In this document: piece by piece, positions 12,577-26,875 of the stretch
Layout: the number at the start of each line of letters is the position of its first letter
How positions within the stretch are numbered: the stretch's first letter is position 1
From: Cenococcum geophilum
Lineage: Eukaryota
NCBI GenBank assembly: GCA_050273025.1
Contig: CP158636.1
Location: forward strand, 4,216,001 to 4,280,000
DNA: 64,000 nucleotides
Reading direction: 5' to 3'
Program-made: the position numbers and the translations under genes
Notes under the pieces: generated by a model
What the model was told of the DNA's origin: nothing
Database searches by the model: none
Seen by the model: only the letters and a program-made list of their open reading frames with translations

Positions 12577-15500
12577 ATATAAGAAGTAAAGGATAATTCT
12601 ACTATAGAATAGGGAACATTAGTAGGGATTAAGACCCCACTAGATACGATATCTATCGCTTTATAAGACGCAAGAAAAGTAGGATAATAAGCTACTTTAG
12701 CACTTAATAAAGGCAAAAGGCCAACAGCTTAAGATTCTTAAGAAGAGATAAAAGATAACTAAGATTCTTAAGATAAGATAAGGTATACCTAAGGACCTAT
12801 AATAGACGAAAACCGATAAAGTAGGGTAGTGGCTTAGTTTAGTGAAATATAAATAAGCTTAAGACAGAGTTTCCTAAAGGTATAAGATTCTTAAGACGAG
12901 ATAAGTAAGATTTAAGACTCTTAAGATAAGATAAAAACACTATAGACGCCTAGTTAGACTAAGGCAGGAGCTAAGCTTAAGTTAAAAGTAAGCTTAGGAT
13001 TAAAGAATTTAAGGGATTAAGAATTTAGAGTATAAATAAAGACACTTATAAGTAAGAGGTAAGAGGCTTCTTTATAGATTAAAGAATCTATAATATAAAT
13101 AGTAGTTAGATTAGGAGATAGATATATAAACCTAGAAGATTTACTAGAGGAATATAGTATTTAACCTAAGAATTAAAAAGTCGATACTAAGATTAAGAAG
13201 TAGGAAGACTTTAAGGATCTACTTATAAGGCGCAAAAAGAAAGAAACTATAGAGGAATTTAGAGTAAGAATTACCTTATAGTAAGAGCAGAAACTAGATA
13301 AGAGATCTAGTATGCTAGGTTGTATAAGGGATAGAGCACCTATATAAAGAATTACTAATAGGCCTAAAGTAGGCACACTAAGGGCTAAGTGGCTTACTAA
13401 ACTGGAAGAAGAAGAGGATCTAGGGATTTTAACTAGGTTTAAAGAACGATATATAAAAGGCTATTACAACGCAGTAATAAGGAGATACTTTCTTATGGAT
13501 AAGCCGTATACACTTAAAGGACTGTACTAAAAGTGGTACCAATAATAACACAATAATAAGTAGAAAGACTTCTATATATAGCTAAATAAAAAAGTTGTCT
13601 AAGACTACCTAATTATAGAAAAGGCTATAACTTATATTAAAGGAGCCTTAATTATAATATTAAAGGATTTAAAGGAGTAATTAGAGGATTAGAGAAGCAA
13701 GAGGTAAATCTTAGTACCTATAAATAAAGTTATAACGCTTAGATTAACCTAAAAACGGTTTAAACTTAAGGATAAAGACGAGCTAAGAGTTAACCTAAGA
13801 TATTAAGTATATTATATATTGGCATAGATTATATATATAAATAATATATATAATATGCATAGAGCACCTAAAAATAAAAACTGGAAGTACCTAGTAAGAA
13901 TATATTGGGCACCGGATAAGGCGAAGTATTAAAACGCTAAATATATACATAGTTGGCACTTTATAAAAGTTTAAGAATAAGGGGACTTAATACTTTAACT
14001 AGGAAGATTTCTTATAAAAGAATACCTAGATAAACGACAATAGTAGAAATGCCTAGAGAATACCTATCTATGGTATATTAAAGATAAAAAATAAACTAAA
14101 TATTAGCTAAAGTTAAACTAAGTATAAATAGGATCTAGTAGCTAATAATTAGGAAAAGTAAAGGCCTATAGGACTAGAGGGAACTAATAGTAGAGCCTTA
14201 AACCCTTAAAGGAATTTAAGGACAGCACTTAAACCTATAAATTAAGTAGTAAGATTAATAGTTTAAGGTACTAATAGATAGTGGAGTAATAAGAAACTAT
14301 ATCTTGCTAGTAGTAGTTAAAAGAATAGGGTTACTATATAGGAAGAAAGAGCATCTTTACCTATTAGTAACAATTTTAGGAGATCTAATAGCCTATAGAG
14401 GGGGCATTATTAATCTTAAAATAGGACCTATTTAGCTAACTATTAAAGGAAGATAAGTTAAGATGTCTTTTAATATATTACTATTAGGGAATAATAAGGT
14501 AGTATTAGGAATGCCTTAGTTACAGGAATATAATCTAAAGATTAATTAGATTATAGGTTAGGTTAATATTAGGGATACTTAACGACATAAGATATAATAA
14601 TAGGCTAAGATAGTATAGTACTAAGTTGGAGCAATATATAAGGAGATAGAGCGAGGCTTAAGTCACGTACTAAAAAGATACTATAAGTACAATAAGAAAC
14701 TATAGTTACTAAAAAGTAAGAAGCTGTTAGAATATATAGTATAAGACTATAAAATAGAGTTAGAACTAGGAATAAGTTTAAGGTTCTTTCTAATATATAA
14801 GCTTACTGAAGAGGAAGGTAGAGCACTAAAAGAGTTTATTTAAGAAAACTTATAAAAGGGATATATTAGACTATTATAGTTATTAGCGAGTTATCTAGTA
14901 TTATTTATACCGAAAAAACGGTAAACTAAGGCTATATATTGACTATAGATAGTTAAATAGCATTACTAGGAAGGATAGGTATCCTTTACCCTTAATTAGC
15001 GAAATCTAAGATAGGATAAGCAATGCGTAAATCTTTATAAAGATAGATCTAAGATAGGCGTACTATTAGATTAGGATTAAGAAAGGTAACAAATAAAAGG
15101 TAGCCTTTAGGTTAAAGGAAGAACTATATAAACTATTAGTTATATAATTTGGGCTTATAAATGCACTAGTAATATTTTAGAAGCGTATTAATAATATATT
15201 AGGAGAATACTTAGATAAATTTATTATGGCATATCTTAATGATATTATTATTTACTTAATAACTAAGAAAGAACACGGAGAATACGTTAAATAGGTTTTA
15301 AAGAGACTATAAGAAAAATAGATGCTAGTAGTAATTAAGAAATACGAGTTCTTTACTAGAAAAACCAATTTTATAGGATTTATTATTAAACTAGGCTAAC
15401 TTAGCATAGATCTAAAAAAGATTAAGGCTATAGTAAATTAGTAAGAACTAGAGAATATTACACAGTTAAGATTATTTTTAGGGGTTTGCAATTACTGTAG

Positions 15501-17569
15501 AAGGTTTATAGCGTAATAGTTAAAAGATATTAAACTATTTACGCAACTAATAAAGAAAGAGAAACTATAAATATAGGGAAAGAAATAATAAGAACTGTTT
15601 AAAGAAGTTAAAAGGTTGTTTACCTAGGAGCTAGTTTTTAAAATCTATTAACTAGGACTAGAGACGGTTATAGAAATAGATATATTAGACTTTATACTAG
15701 AAGTATACTTTATATAGAAATATCTAGACGGATGGCACTTAGTAGTATACTATAGTTAGAAGATAATACTACTAGAGTTAAACTATAACATCTATAATAA
15801 GGAGTTATTAGGTATAGTTATAGTACTAAAGAAATAAAGAGCATTCTTATAAGGTATAGAGAAACTATTTATAGTTAAAATGGATTATAAGAACTTAATA
15901 GGATTCCTAATAATAAAGGAACTTAACTAAAGATAAGTTAAATGGGTAGAGATGCTTGCAGAATATTATTTTAAAATTTAGTATATTAAGGGTTTAGACA
16001 ATATATAGGCTAATACGTTAAGTTAGAAGGCTAAACTATAAAATAAAGAAAAGCTATTAGGGGCTTTACTGCAAAAAGATATAGATGGACTAATTAGGTA
16101 TAATTATCTAAAAATTACAGTAACTTAGAAAGATAAGTTAAGAAAAGTCTATAAAATATTAGAAAGCTTTTAGGTATAAAGAATTCTAAAAGCATAGCTA
16201 GAAGATCTATAGATGGATATATATAAAAACTAAGAAGTAAAGTATATCCTAAAAAGCATAGCAAAACGCTTTATAGAAGATTTTTATAAGGGACTAACTT
16301 AAGGATATAATAAAGCTATGGGCTTAGTGTTAAGACTTTAAGAGGAGTATATTATTAACGGAATCTAAAGGATAGCTAAAAGAGTTACTAAGAAATATCT
16401 AGATTGCTAAAGGAATAAACTAATAAGGTATAAGTTATATGGAGGGCTATAACCTATTAAAATACTAGAGAGACTATAGGAGGTTATATTATAGGACTTT
16501 ATTATTAAGCTACTAAAGTTAAAAGACCCTATTACCGGACGAGATTACGATATAATCTTAATAATAGTAGATAAGCTTATGAAGTGGGAATACTTTATAG
16601 CATATATAGAAGAAATCTTAGCGGAGGATGTCGCTAGAATCTATATTAAAGAAGTGTTTATAAGATATAGAGCACTAAGTAAGATTATATTAGATAGAGA
16701 TCTAAGATTTATAGTAGTATTTTAGGAGGTATTCTTAGCGGAATAAGGAGTTAGAGCAGTAACTTTTACTATATATTATCTATAGATAGACGGTTAAATG
16801 GAGAGATTAAATTAGACACTAGAGTAGTATCTAAGATATTATATTAATTACGCACAGAATAATTAGGCAGTATTATTACTAGTTATATAATTCGCGTATA
16901 ATATAACACTATAAGAAGGAATAGGTACGTTACTATTTAAGGCGAACTATAGATATAAGCTAAGAATGTTATTATCGCTATATAAAGTAAAAAAGATAAG
17001 TAGTATAGCTAAGTAAAGAATAAAGACACTAATAGATCTTTATAAGAACCTTATAAAAATAGTTAAGGAAGTATAATAAAGAATAAAAAGATACTACAAC
17101 GTTAAGAGATCTAAGGGACTAGATTTTAAGGAGGGGGATAAAGTATAGCTACTATACAAAAATTTTAAAAGTTGACGACTAAGTAAAAAGTTAGACTATG
17201 TTAGACTAGGACCTTTTAAAATTATATAAAAGATTTTACCGGTTATATTTAAGTTAAACCTACTAGCTAAAATAAAAATCTACCCTATATAGTATATTGC
17301 AATGCTAGAGCTAGTATATAGGAATATTAAACTACTAGTTTATAAAGTAGACACGTATAGAGGATAAGAAGAGGACAAATAGTAAGTTTTAAAGATTGTT
17401 AACTATAAGGACATTAACGATGAAATATAGTATAAGATAAAGTGGATAGGCTATAATAAGACTACCTAAGAACTACTAGAGAACCTAAAGAACGCTATAG
17501 AAAAGGTATAGGAGTATTAGAAGAAAATAGGTTAGGTAATATTAATAAAGAAGGATTACTAAAGAATAA

Positions 17570-18146
17570 GTTACCTAAGGGGGACCTAGGAAGAGCGACT
17601 ACTAAACTACTTAGAGTTGTTCCCTTTATTATAGGAAGAGAGTCTATTCTCTTATTACTAAGTTCCTGTAAACCTTATTCTATAAGCTTCTACTCCTTAA
17701 AATAGACCTTTTTATAGACCTTTTTAAGACAAAGCAGCCGAGTAGACGCCGCGATATAAGTATTAAGGGCCTTCTATTCCGTATTATGGGAACACTTAAG
17801 CTTAGCAAAGGCCTACGCTAGGTTACTATTAAGCTTTATAGCAGCAGATTAAATACAAAACCCTATAACAAATTACTTAGAAAATGTAAAGACTATTAAG
17901 AGTTATAGGACACGCATACTTAGCGTTAGAAGTAGAGCGAACATTATAGGACGATTAAATATTTACTTTAGTACACTCTAAATAAAAGGAAGGTTATTAA
18001 GACAAAGAACTCGCCAACATAATATAGACTAACCCCTCTTTCGTATAATAAGAATATAGAGATAGCATAATTTTACTAAGCGATACTATAGTAGTAATAG
18101 TACAAGTATAACGTTACGTGTATAAAGAAGAAGATACTTTAAGTAT
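17570..18146 (-). pseudogene. Antisense spliced Zn2Cys6-like/coiled-coil gene of A1
   Basis: Homologous to 39350-39959; Cys codons converted to TAT/TAC by RIP. Confidence 0.65.
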
Positions 18147-18254
18147 AATAAGTAATAATATTAACTAAATTAATTAGACGGATATTATACCTCTAGTAAA
18201 CGACTTAGAGATATTAAGGATCTTTAAGGATAAAGATAAAGAGGAGGGAGATAG

Positions 18255-18675
18255 TGTTACGGACGCTTTAAGTACAATATTATAACTACTTAGGGAAAAG
18301 TTAAAAGAAGCTAGTTGGTTAATATAAGTACGGTCTAAGATGGAACTAATAGAGCTATATAACGAGGAATAGTAACTAAGGTTATATAATATGCTATATA
18401 GTATATAAAAGGAATAAGAGGAATTTATGTACCTTATATATAACATATATATTATATATAAGGAGGATTTTATAGGAGTACGGTTGTGTATTTAAGGACC
18501 CTTAATCCCTACCTAGATAGTTTCTTCCTTATAGTAATTCTCAGAATATAATTAGAGTTAATCTGTTAGGCAATCACTTTACCAGTTATTATTATTGTTA
18601 ACTCTAATTTATATTACCTATACACCTAGCCTAATAACGAACCCACCGTAGTACCTACTACAAGGTTCCATTACA
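18255..18675 (+). repeat. 3' LTR of A1
   Basis: TG...CA after a PPT; followed by AGAAG and internal family-A sequence. Confidence 0.93.
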
Positions 18676-21600
18676 AGAAGTAGGTAGAGTTACTATATAG
18701 TAAAAGGAATAAGACTAGTAGAAGATATATATATATAGAGGGATAATAGTATACTATAAGGAATAAAAGAATATTTAATTAAAAGTTTTATGTTTTGTTA
18801 TAATAACGTATACTAAATTTATAAGGACGCTAAGTATAGCGTAAGCTATTGGCTATAAAAGCTAAAATTATTAAAGTTTAGAAGGACTAACGAACTATCT
18901 TATAAATTAGATATTAAGGGCAATAAATTTAATATAGGTAAAATATTTAGTAATAATAAGGTAATAAGGGTAGCTTATTAGGAGTATATAGACCTTAGAA
19001 ATATTATATAAGAGGTAGAGGATAATTCTACTATAGAATAGGGAATATTAGTAGGGATTAAAACCCTACTAGACACGATGTCTATTACTTTATAAGACGT
19101 AAGAGAAGTAGGATAGCGAACTACTTTAGTACTTAATAAAGGCAAAAGGCTACAGGCTTAAGATTTTTAAGAAGAGATATAAGACGCTTAAGATTTTTAA
19201 GACGGGATAAGATAAGCTTAAGGACTTATAACGGATAATAACCAATAGAGTAGAGTAATAGCTTAGTTTAGTAATATATCAATAAGCTCTAGACGAAGTT
19301 TCCTAAAGGTATAAAACTCTTAGGACGAGATAGGTAAGATTTAAAACTTTTAAAATAAAATAAGAACACTATAAAAGCCTAGTTCAACTAAGGTAAAAGC
19401 TAAGCTTAAGAAAGAAGCAAGCTTAGGATTAAGAATCCTATAGGACTAAGATTTCTAGATATAAATAAGAACTATTAAATAAACCAAGATTAAGAAGTAA
19501 GAAGACTTTAATGATCTACTTATAAGGTAAAAACTAAAAGAAAACATAGAGGAATTTAGATAGAGAATCCTTATATAATAAGAACAGAAACTAGACTAGA
19601 GATCTAGTATACTAGGTTATATAAGAGACAGAGCACCTATATAAAGAATTATTAATAGGCTTAGGGCAGGTACGCTAAGAGCTAAATAGCTTATTAAATT
19701 AGAAGATAAAGAGGATTTAGGAATCCTAATTAGGTTTAAAGAATAATATATAAAGGGCTATTATAATATAGTAATAAAAAGATACTTCCTTACGGACAAG
19801 TTGTATATACTCTAGTAGCTATACTAAAAGTGGTATAGGCAATGATATAATAATAAGTAGGAAGATTTCTATATATAGTTAGATAAATAAGTTATCTAAG
19901 ACTACCTTATTATAGAAAAGGCTATAACTTATATTAAGGGAGCATTAATTATAATATTAAAAGATTTAGAGAAATAATTAGAGGACTAGAGAAGTAAGAG
20001 ACGTATTTTAATACCTATAAATAAAGTCGCAACGTTTAGATTAATATGGTAAAGGTTTAAACTTAAGGATAAAAATAAGTTAAGAGTTAACTTAAAGCAC
20101 CTAGCGTATTATATATTGGCGTGGATTATATATATAGATAATATATATAAAATATATAAGAATCTAAAAAAAGAATTAGAAGTACCCTATAAGGATATAT
20201 TAGGCGCTAGATAAGTAATAGTATAGGAATACTAAGTATATATACAGCTAGTATTTAATAGAAGTTTAGGAGTTAGGAGATTTAATACTTTAATTAGAAA
20301 GATTTTTTACGGAAGAATACTTAGACGGATAATAGTAGTAGGAATGCCTAAAGAATACGTATTTATAGTATATAGAGAATAAGAAGTAAACTAGGTATTA
20401 GCTAAAAAAAACAAGCTAAGTATAATAGGATTAAGTAGCTAATAGTTAGGAAAAGTAGAAATCTATAGGACTAAAGGGAGCTAGTAGTAGAGCCTTAAAC
20501 CTTTAAAGGAATTTAAGGATAATACCTAAATTTATAAGTTAATTAGTAAGATTAACAGTTTAAAGTATTAATAGATAGTAGAGTAATATAGAACTATATC
20601 TTACTAATAATAGTTAAAAGAATAGGATTACCTTATAGATAGAAGAAGTAACTTTACCTATTAGTTATAATTTTAGGAGATCCAATAGCCTATAGAGGAG
20701 GTATTATTAACCTTAAAACAGAACCTATTTAAATAACTATTAAAAAAAGATAAATTAAGATGTCTTTTAATATCCTACTATTAGGATAGGATAAGGTAGT
20801 ATTAGGTATACCTTAGTTATAGAAATATAATCTAAAGATTAATTAGATTATAGGTTAGGTTAATATTAGGAATACTTAATAACATAAAATATAATAGTAG
20901 ACTAAGTTAGTATAGCACTAAGTTAAAGTAATATATAAAGAGACTAAATAAGGCTTAAGTTATATACTAAAGAGATACTATAAGTATAGCAAGAAGCTAT
21001 AGAGCCTAGAAAGTAAAAAGCTAGTAGATTATATAGTATAGAACTATAAAATAAAGTTAAAGCTAAAAATAAGTTTAAGGTTCTTTTTAACCTATAAGCT
21101 TACTTAAGAGGAGTTTAGAGCACTTAAAGAGTTTATTTAAGAGAACTTATAAAAGGGATATATTAAACCATTATAGTTATTAGTAGGTTATCTAGTACTA
21201 TTTATACTAAAGAAGACTGGAAAACTTAGGTTATGCATTAACTATAGATAGTTAAATAGCACTACTTAAAAGGATAAGTATCCTTTACCCTTAATTAGCA
21301 AAATCTAGGACTGGATAGGTAATGTATAAATCTTTATAAAGATAAATCTAAGATAGGCGTACTATTAGATTAGAATTAAGGAAGGTAATAAATAAACGGC
21401 AGCCTTTAGGTTAAAGGAAGGACTATATAAACTATTAGTTATATAATTTAGGTTAATAAATATACTAGCAACGTTTTAGAAATAAATTAATAGTATATTA
21501 AGAGAACACCTTAATAAGTTTATTATAGTATACCTTAATAATATTATTATCTACTTAATAACTAAGGAAGAATATAAGGAATATATTAAATAGGTCTTAA

Positions 21601-23189
21601 AGAGACTATAAGAAGAATAGATACTAGTAGCAATTAAAAAAAATAAGTTCTTTATAAGGAAGACTAATTTAATAGGATTTATTATTAAATTAGGTTATAT
21701 TAGTATAGACCTAAAGAAGATTAAAGCTATAGTAAGTTAGTAAGAACTAAAGAATATAACGCAGTTAAGGTTATTTTTAAGGTTTTATAACTACTATAGG
21801 AGGTTTATAGTATAGTGGTTAAAGAATATTAAACTATTTACTAGGCTTATAAAGAAAGAGGAACTATAGGCATAGGGAGGTAAGTAAAAGAAGTTGTTTA
21901 AGAAACTTAAGGAGTTATTTACCTAGGAGCCAATTTATAAAATCTATTAACTATAACTAGACATAGTTATAAAAACAGATATATTAAACTTTATACTAGG
22001 AGTATATTTACTATAAAAGTATAAAAATATATAGTATTTAGTAGTATATTATAGTCGGAAAATAATACCATTAGAGTTAAACTATAACATCTATAATAAG
22101 GAGTTATTAGGTATAATTATAGTACTTAAGGAATAAAAAGCATTCTTATAAGGCATAGAAAAACTATTTATAGTTAAGATAGATTATAAGAACCTAATAG
22201 GGTTCCTAATAATAAAAGAACTTAATTATAGATAAGTTAGGTAGGTAGAGATGCTTATAAAATACTATTTTAAGATTTAGTATACTAAAGGAACTAAAAA
22301 TATAAGAGCAGACGCGCTAAGCAGAAAGGCTAAACTATAGAATAATAAGAAACTATTAGGAGTAATACTATATAGAGATAAGAACGGATTAATTAGATAT
22401 AATTACCCTAAGCTAGTAGTAACTTAAGAGGATAATAAACTAGAAAAAGTCTATAAGATACTAGAGAGCTTTTAGATATAAAGAATTCTAGAGGTATAGC
22501 TAGAAGATCTATAAATAGATATATATAAGAGTTAAGAAGCGAAGTATATCCTAAAAAGTATAGTAGAGTATTTTATGGAAGATTTCTATAAAGGAATAAC
22601 TTAAGGACATAATAGAGTAATAGGCTTAGTGTTAAGACTTTTAGAGGAATATATTATTAACGGAATTTAGGGTATAGTTAGAAAAGTAATAAAAAAGTAT
22701 CTAAATTACTAAAGAAATAAACTAATAAGGTATAGGCTATATAGAGGGCTATAACCTATTAAAATACTAGAAAGACTATAGGAGGTTATATTATAGGACT
22801 TTATTATTAAATTACTAAAGTTAAGAAATCCTATTACTAGATAAGAGTATAACGTAATCTTAGTAATAGTAAATAAGTTAACTAAATAGGGCTACTTTAT
22901 AGTATATATAGAAGAAATCTAAGTAGAAGATATTACTAGAATCTATATTAAAGAAGTATTTATAAGATATAGAGTACTAAGTAAAATTATATCGGATAGG
23001 GATCTAAGATTTATAATAGTATTTTAGGAAGTATTTTTAGCAGAATAAGGAGTTAGAGCAGTAACTTCTACTATATATTATCCGTAGACGGACGGTTAAA
23101 TAGGAAGATTAAATTAGACGCTAAAACAGTATCTAAGACATTATATTAATTATACGTAGAATAATTGGGTATTATTATTACTAGTTATA

Positions 23190-23615
23190 ACGTATTCCAC
23201 CATCGAGCCGGCAGAACCATCGAGCCGGCAAGTCTATTTCCCCACCAAAAATTATAAAAATCACAATATAATATCTTAACAACCACTTAATAATAAATTC
23301 TAATAATTTAGATTTAGACTTTTATATACACTCTACAGCTTCTATTAAAGTTGCATAGTAAATAGTTTAGTAGTTTTTAAGATATAGTAATTTGGCTATA
23401 TTTTGGCCCCCAAATTTTAATACCTTAAAAACTACTAAACTATTTACTATGCAACTTTAATAGAAGCTGTAGAGTGTATATAAAAGTCTAAATCTAAATT
23501 ATTAGAATTTATTATTAAGTGGTTGTTAAGATATTATATTGTGATTTTTATAATTTTTAGTGGGGAAATAGACTTGCCGGCTCGATGGTTCTGCCGGCTC
23601 GATGGTGGAATACGT
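23190..23615. mobile_element. Foldback MITE 1 (pogo/Fot1-type ends)
   Basis: TA TSD. Ends ACGTATTCCACCATCGAGCCGGC and its reverse complement. ~190-bp near-perfect inverted arms with a ~40-bp spacer. Interrupts the A2 integrase region (empty site ~38675). Confidence 0.95.
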
Positions 23616-24299
23616 TATAGTTTATATATAATATAACGCTATAAAAAGGAATAGGCATATTACTATTTAAGGCAAATTATAAATATAAGCTAAGAATATT
23701 ATTATTACTATAATAGGCGAAGAAAATAAGTAGTATAGCTAAAGAAAGAATAAAGATATTAATAAATCTTTATATAAGCCTTATAGAATTAGCAAAAAAG
23801 GTATAAAAGAGAATAAAAAGGTACTATAACGCTAAGAGATCTAAGGGACTAGATCTTAAGGAGGGGGATAAAGTATAGCTACTATATAAAAATTTTAAGA
23901 GTTAACAACTAAATAAGAAGTTAAACTATGTTAAACTAGGACCTTTTAAAATTATATAAAGGATTTTACTAGTTATATTTAAGTTAAACCTACTAGCTAA
24001 GATAAAGATCTACTCTATATAGTATATTATAATACTAGAGCTAGTATATAGGAATATTAAGCCACTAATTTATAAAGTAAATATGTATAAAGGATAAGAG
24101 GAAGATAAATAGTAAGTTTTAAAGATCGTTAGTTATAAGGATATTAACAATAAAATATAGTATAAGGTTAAGTAGATAGGCTATAATAAGACTACTTAGG
24201 AACTATTATAGAATTTAAAGAATGCTATAGGAAAGGTATAGAAGTATTAAAAGAAAACGGGTTAGGTAATATTAAGAAGGAGCTAAAGATAAAGGGATT

Positions 24300-24885
24300 A
24301 GTTAAAGGTAATAGATAAGCTAGATTATTTAAGGGATCCACTACTAGCGTATAAACTGTTTCTGCCTCTTTTTAATTAGAATCCTTTTTAGCCTCCTTAG
24401 CCTTAAGTTTAAATAGACCTTATTCTATTAAATAAAGCTCTTTTAAGCGTACCTTTTTACGGACCTTTATTAAACGGCTTAGGTAAGTATAAGTATTTAG
24501 TTAAACTTTTAGAGCCTAAAACACCTCGTTAAAATAACGCTATACTTTAGTAAGGGCCTTAGCTAGCTTACTCTTTAGTCTTTTAGCCACTACTAACACG
24601 CGTAACCCTAGAGGAGATTAGATAAGGAACTAGACGGTTATAAAGGATAATAAAATATATACACTTAGTATTAGAGATAGATTAAATATTATAGGATAAT
24701 TACATATTCGCTTACGTATACTTAGTATAGGAAAAAGGTTAGTAACTAAATAAAGACGCAATTATAATATATACTAACTTCTTCTTTATATAATAAGAAT
24801 AGGATAGTATAACTTTACTAAATAATAGAATAAATATTACTAGCTAGTTATAATAATTAGATATAAAGGATCTAATAAAAGGTAT
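24300..24885 (-). pseudogene. Antisense spliced Zn2Cys6-like/coiled-coil gene of A2 (second subtype)
   Basis: RIP-reverted reading MPP.RSS...GEVMPSCSRC.EKKLVC...RQPSSC.EC..ANMRSSCDVRSVSDAE; GT donor retained at ~24661-24662. Confidence 0.65.
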
Positions 24886-25412
24886 TAGGAATAATAAAGG
24901 TTATTAAATTAAAGATGGGAATGCTATACCTTTAATAGACGACTTGGAGATAGGAGATATCTTTAAGGATAAAGATAAAAAGGAGGGGGATAGTATTACA
25001 GACCTTATATTAGTAGTAGTACGACTACTAAGAATGGATATAAATGGGTTAGTTAAGATAGTATAGGAGGCATTAGAACCGATTAAGCTATAGAATAAGG
25101 GGTAGCTAAGTTATATAGCTAGTTACGTTATAAGTTTAGAATATAGAAACGTAAAAACATAGGAACGCGATATACTAACGTACTAATATACCAACGTACT
25201 AAACCCTTTACTATAGGGAGGAGTTATATATTTAAGGATATACGGTCTCTATAGATAGTTTCTCTTCTTTATAGTAAATCTTAGAATATAATTAGAGTTA
25301 ATCTATTAGGCAACACTCTACTAGTTATTATTACGTTATTAACTTCTTATTTACCTATATACCTAACCTATTAATAAGTTTACCATAGTTCCTGCTATAA
25401 GGATTTGTTATA

Positions 25413-26875
25413 ATTCTTATATTAAAATCCTAATCATTTAAAGAAATTCTAAAGGTATTTGCAAGCTTTAGCAAATAGTAGGTAAGATAGTTAGTTTATA
25501 TAAAAGCAGTTTAAAGCTAGTCCTTTTAGTATAGTAGGGAATGCCTTAAGGTAAGCTTTTTAGAGTATATCCGCTTAATTACAGATATCGTAAAATATTA
25601 TTAATTTATAGTTAAGGCTTTTGTTTATACTACCGTATTTCTACTCCTCTATATATATCTTAGCTATATTTATAATTTTCTTTCTATAGCCGGTTATAGT
25701 AATAGGGCGGTTCTCCTTATCCGTAGGTTATTTGTAGAGTTACTATATTATTATTATAGGTTAAGACGTAATAGATAATATAAAGGTAAAGATAATTATA
25801 GATTAAGGTATAGTAGAAAGTATAGGCACTAAGGAACGTTTTACTTATTACTCTTTTAGAGTTCCGTGTATCTTATAATACTAAATACTTCTTAACTTAA
25901 TACTAGTGTTAAACTTTTTCTTAAGTACATTTATCTCTTCTCTAGTCTATTCTATTTAGTTCTCTTCTTATACTATATTATATAAAGACTAAGGGAGTAA
26001 TTTACCTTATTTATGGTTGGTATTAACCTATACTCCTTTAATATTTAGATAATTATATAGGTGCTAAAGCCAGTATAACGGATTTTCATAAAGATATTAA
26101 CCGTAAAGTCCTTAAAATCTCCCTAGAACAACTCCTAGAGTATTAAGTCTAGCTAGTTATATATCTCTGTATATACATATATCTTATATTATACGTAGTC
26201 GGTTAGCTTATCCTTAGTGACTTCCGTTAGGTTAATTTTATTTTCCTATTTAGCTACTTTTTCCTTCTAATCTTTCTCTATTCCTAACATCTTATATTTT
26301 ATATATTATTTAGGTAAGTAAGGGTATTCGTAAGGTAAAGGTAGGGGGATGGTTAGGGAGGCGGTTAAGGAGGTAGTTAAGGAAGTAGTTAAGGAGGCGG
26401 TTTAAGTTAGTTAAATAAGGTAAGGTGTTCTATATAGTAGTTGTTATAGATACTAGATAAGTACTCCTAGGTAGTTTCTCTTCTTCTCTTTAACTAAAAT
26501 AGGCTAATATAAAAGGTGGATAAGTATAACTATCTTCCAATATACTGTAAGGTAGATAGTATAACTGTCCTTTAAGCTATTTACGTATTTCCTAATCTAT
26601 ACGCGCTTACTAATTAGTGTTAGTATACTTTAACAACGTGTAGAATATATATATTACAATAATATATACTATATAGTGTTATAAATAGATATTAATTCTT
26701 TAAGATCTACGCGTCGCAAAGGATAAAGCTCTTCGCGTATTCTTCCGTAACTTCTATTAACCAATTATAATTTTCTATCCCCGGGATAGAAAATCGCCAT
26801 TAGCTCGCTTACCACTAACGCCTTAACCTCCCTCGTAATATGTCCACTATTGCAATGCATTTTATTCTAGCTACA
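25413..26875 (-). mobile_element. Ty1/Copia relic C2: 5' LTR (~26618-26875) and gag N-terminus, interrupted by A2
   Basis: Minus strand reads NIAKIY.EE.KYG...L.YKL.IFYDIC..A....AY.KAFPT.LKGLAL, homologous to the C1 gag at ~43000-43160. Shares the LTR/PBS junction CTAATCTATACGCGCTTACTAATTAGTGTT with 44127-44156. The outer LTR boundary is less certain. Confidence 0.8.

Larger units (their letters stand above)
1..18675 (+). mobile_element. Ty3/Gypsy chromovirus family A, copy A1 (RIP-degraded; interrupted by a solo LTR and by element B)
   Basis: LTR end at 98, followed by the same leader as copy A4 at 33076. Gag relic, then protease LIDSG at ~14270, RT YL(N/D)D at ~15232, RNase H, integrase and chromodomain (~17380-17520). 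PPT GAGGAGGGAGATAG precedes the 3' LTR TGTTAC...TTACA at 18255-18675. Confidence 0.93.
18676..25412 (+). mobile_element. Family A copy A2 (gag 3' part, pol, antisense gene, 3' LTR 24994-25412)
   Basis: Colinear with 34160-39310. RT, RNase H, integrase and chromodomain relics. PPT AGGAGGGGGATAG, then an LTR with a distinct U3. Confidence 0.92.
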
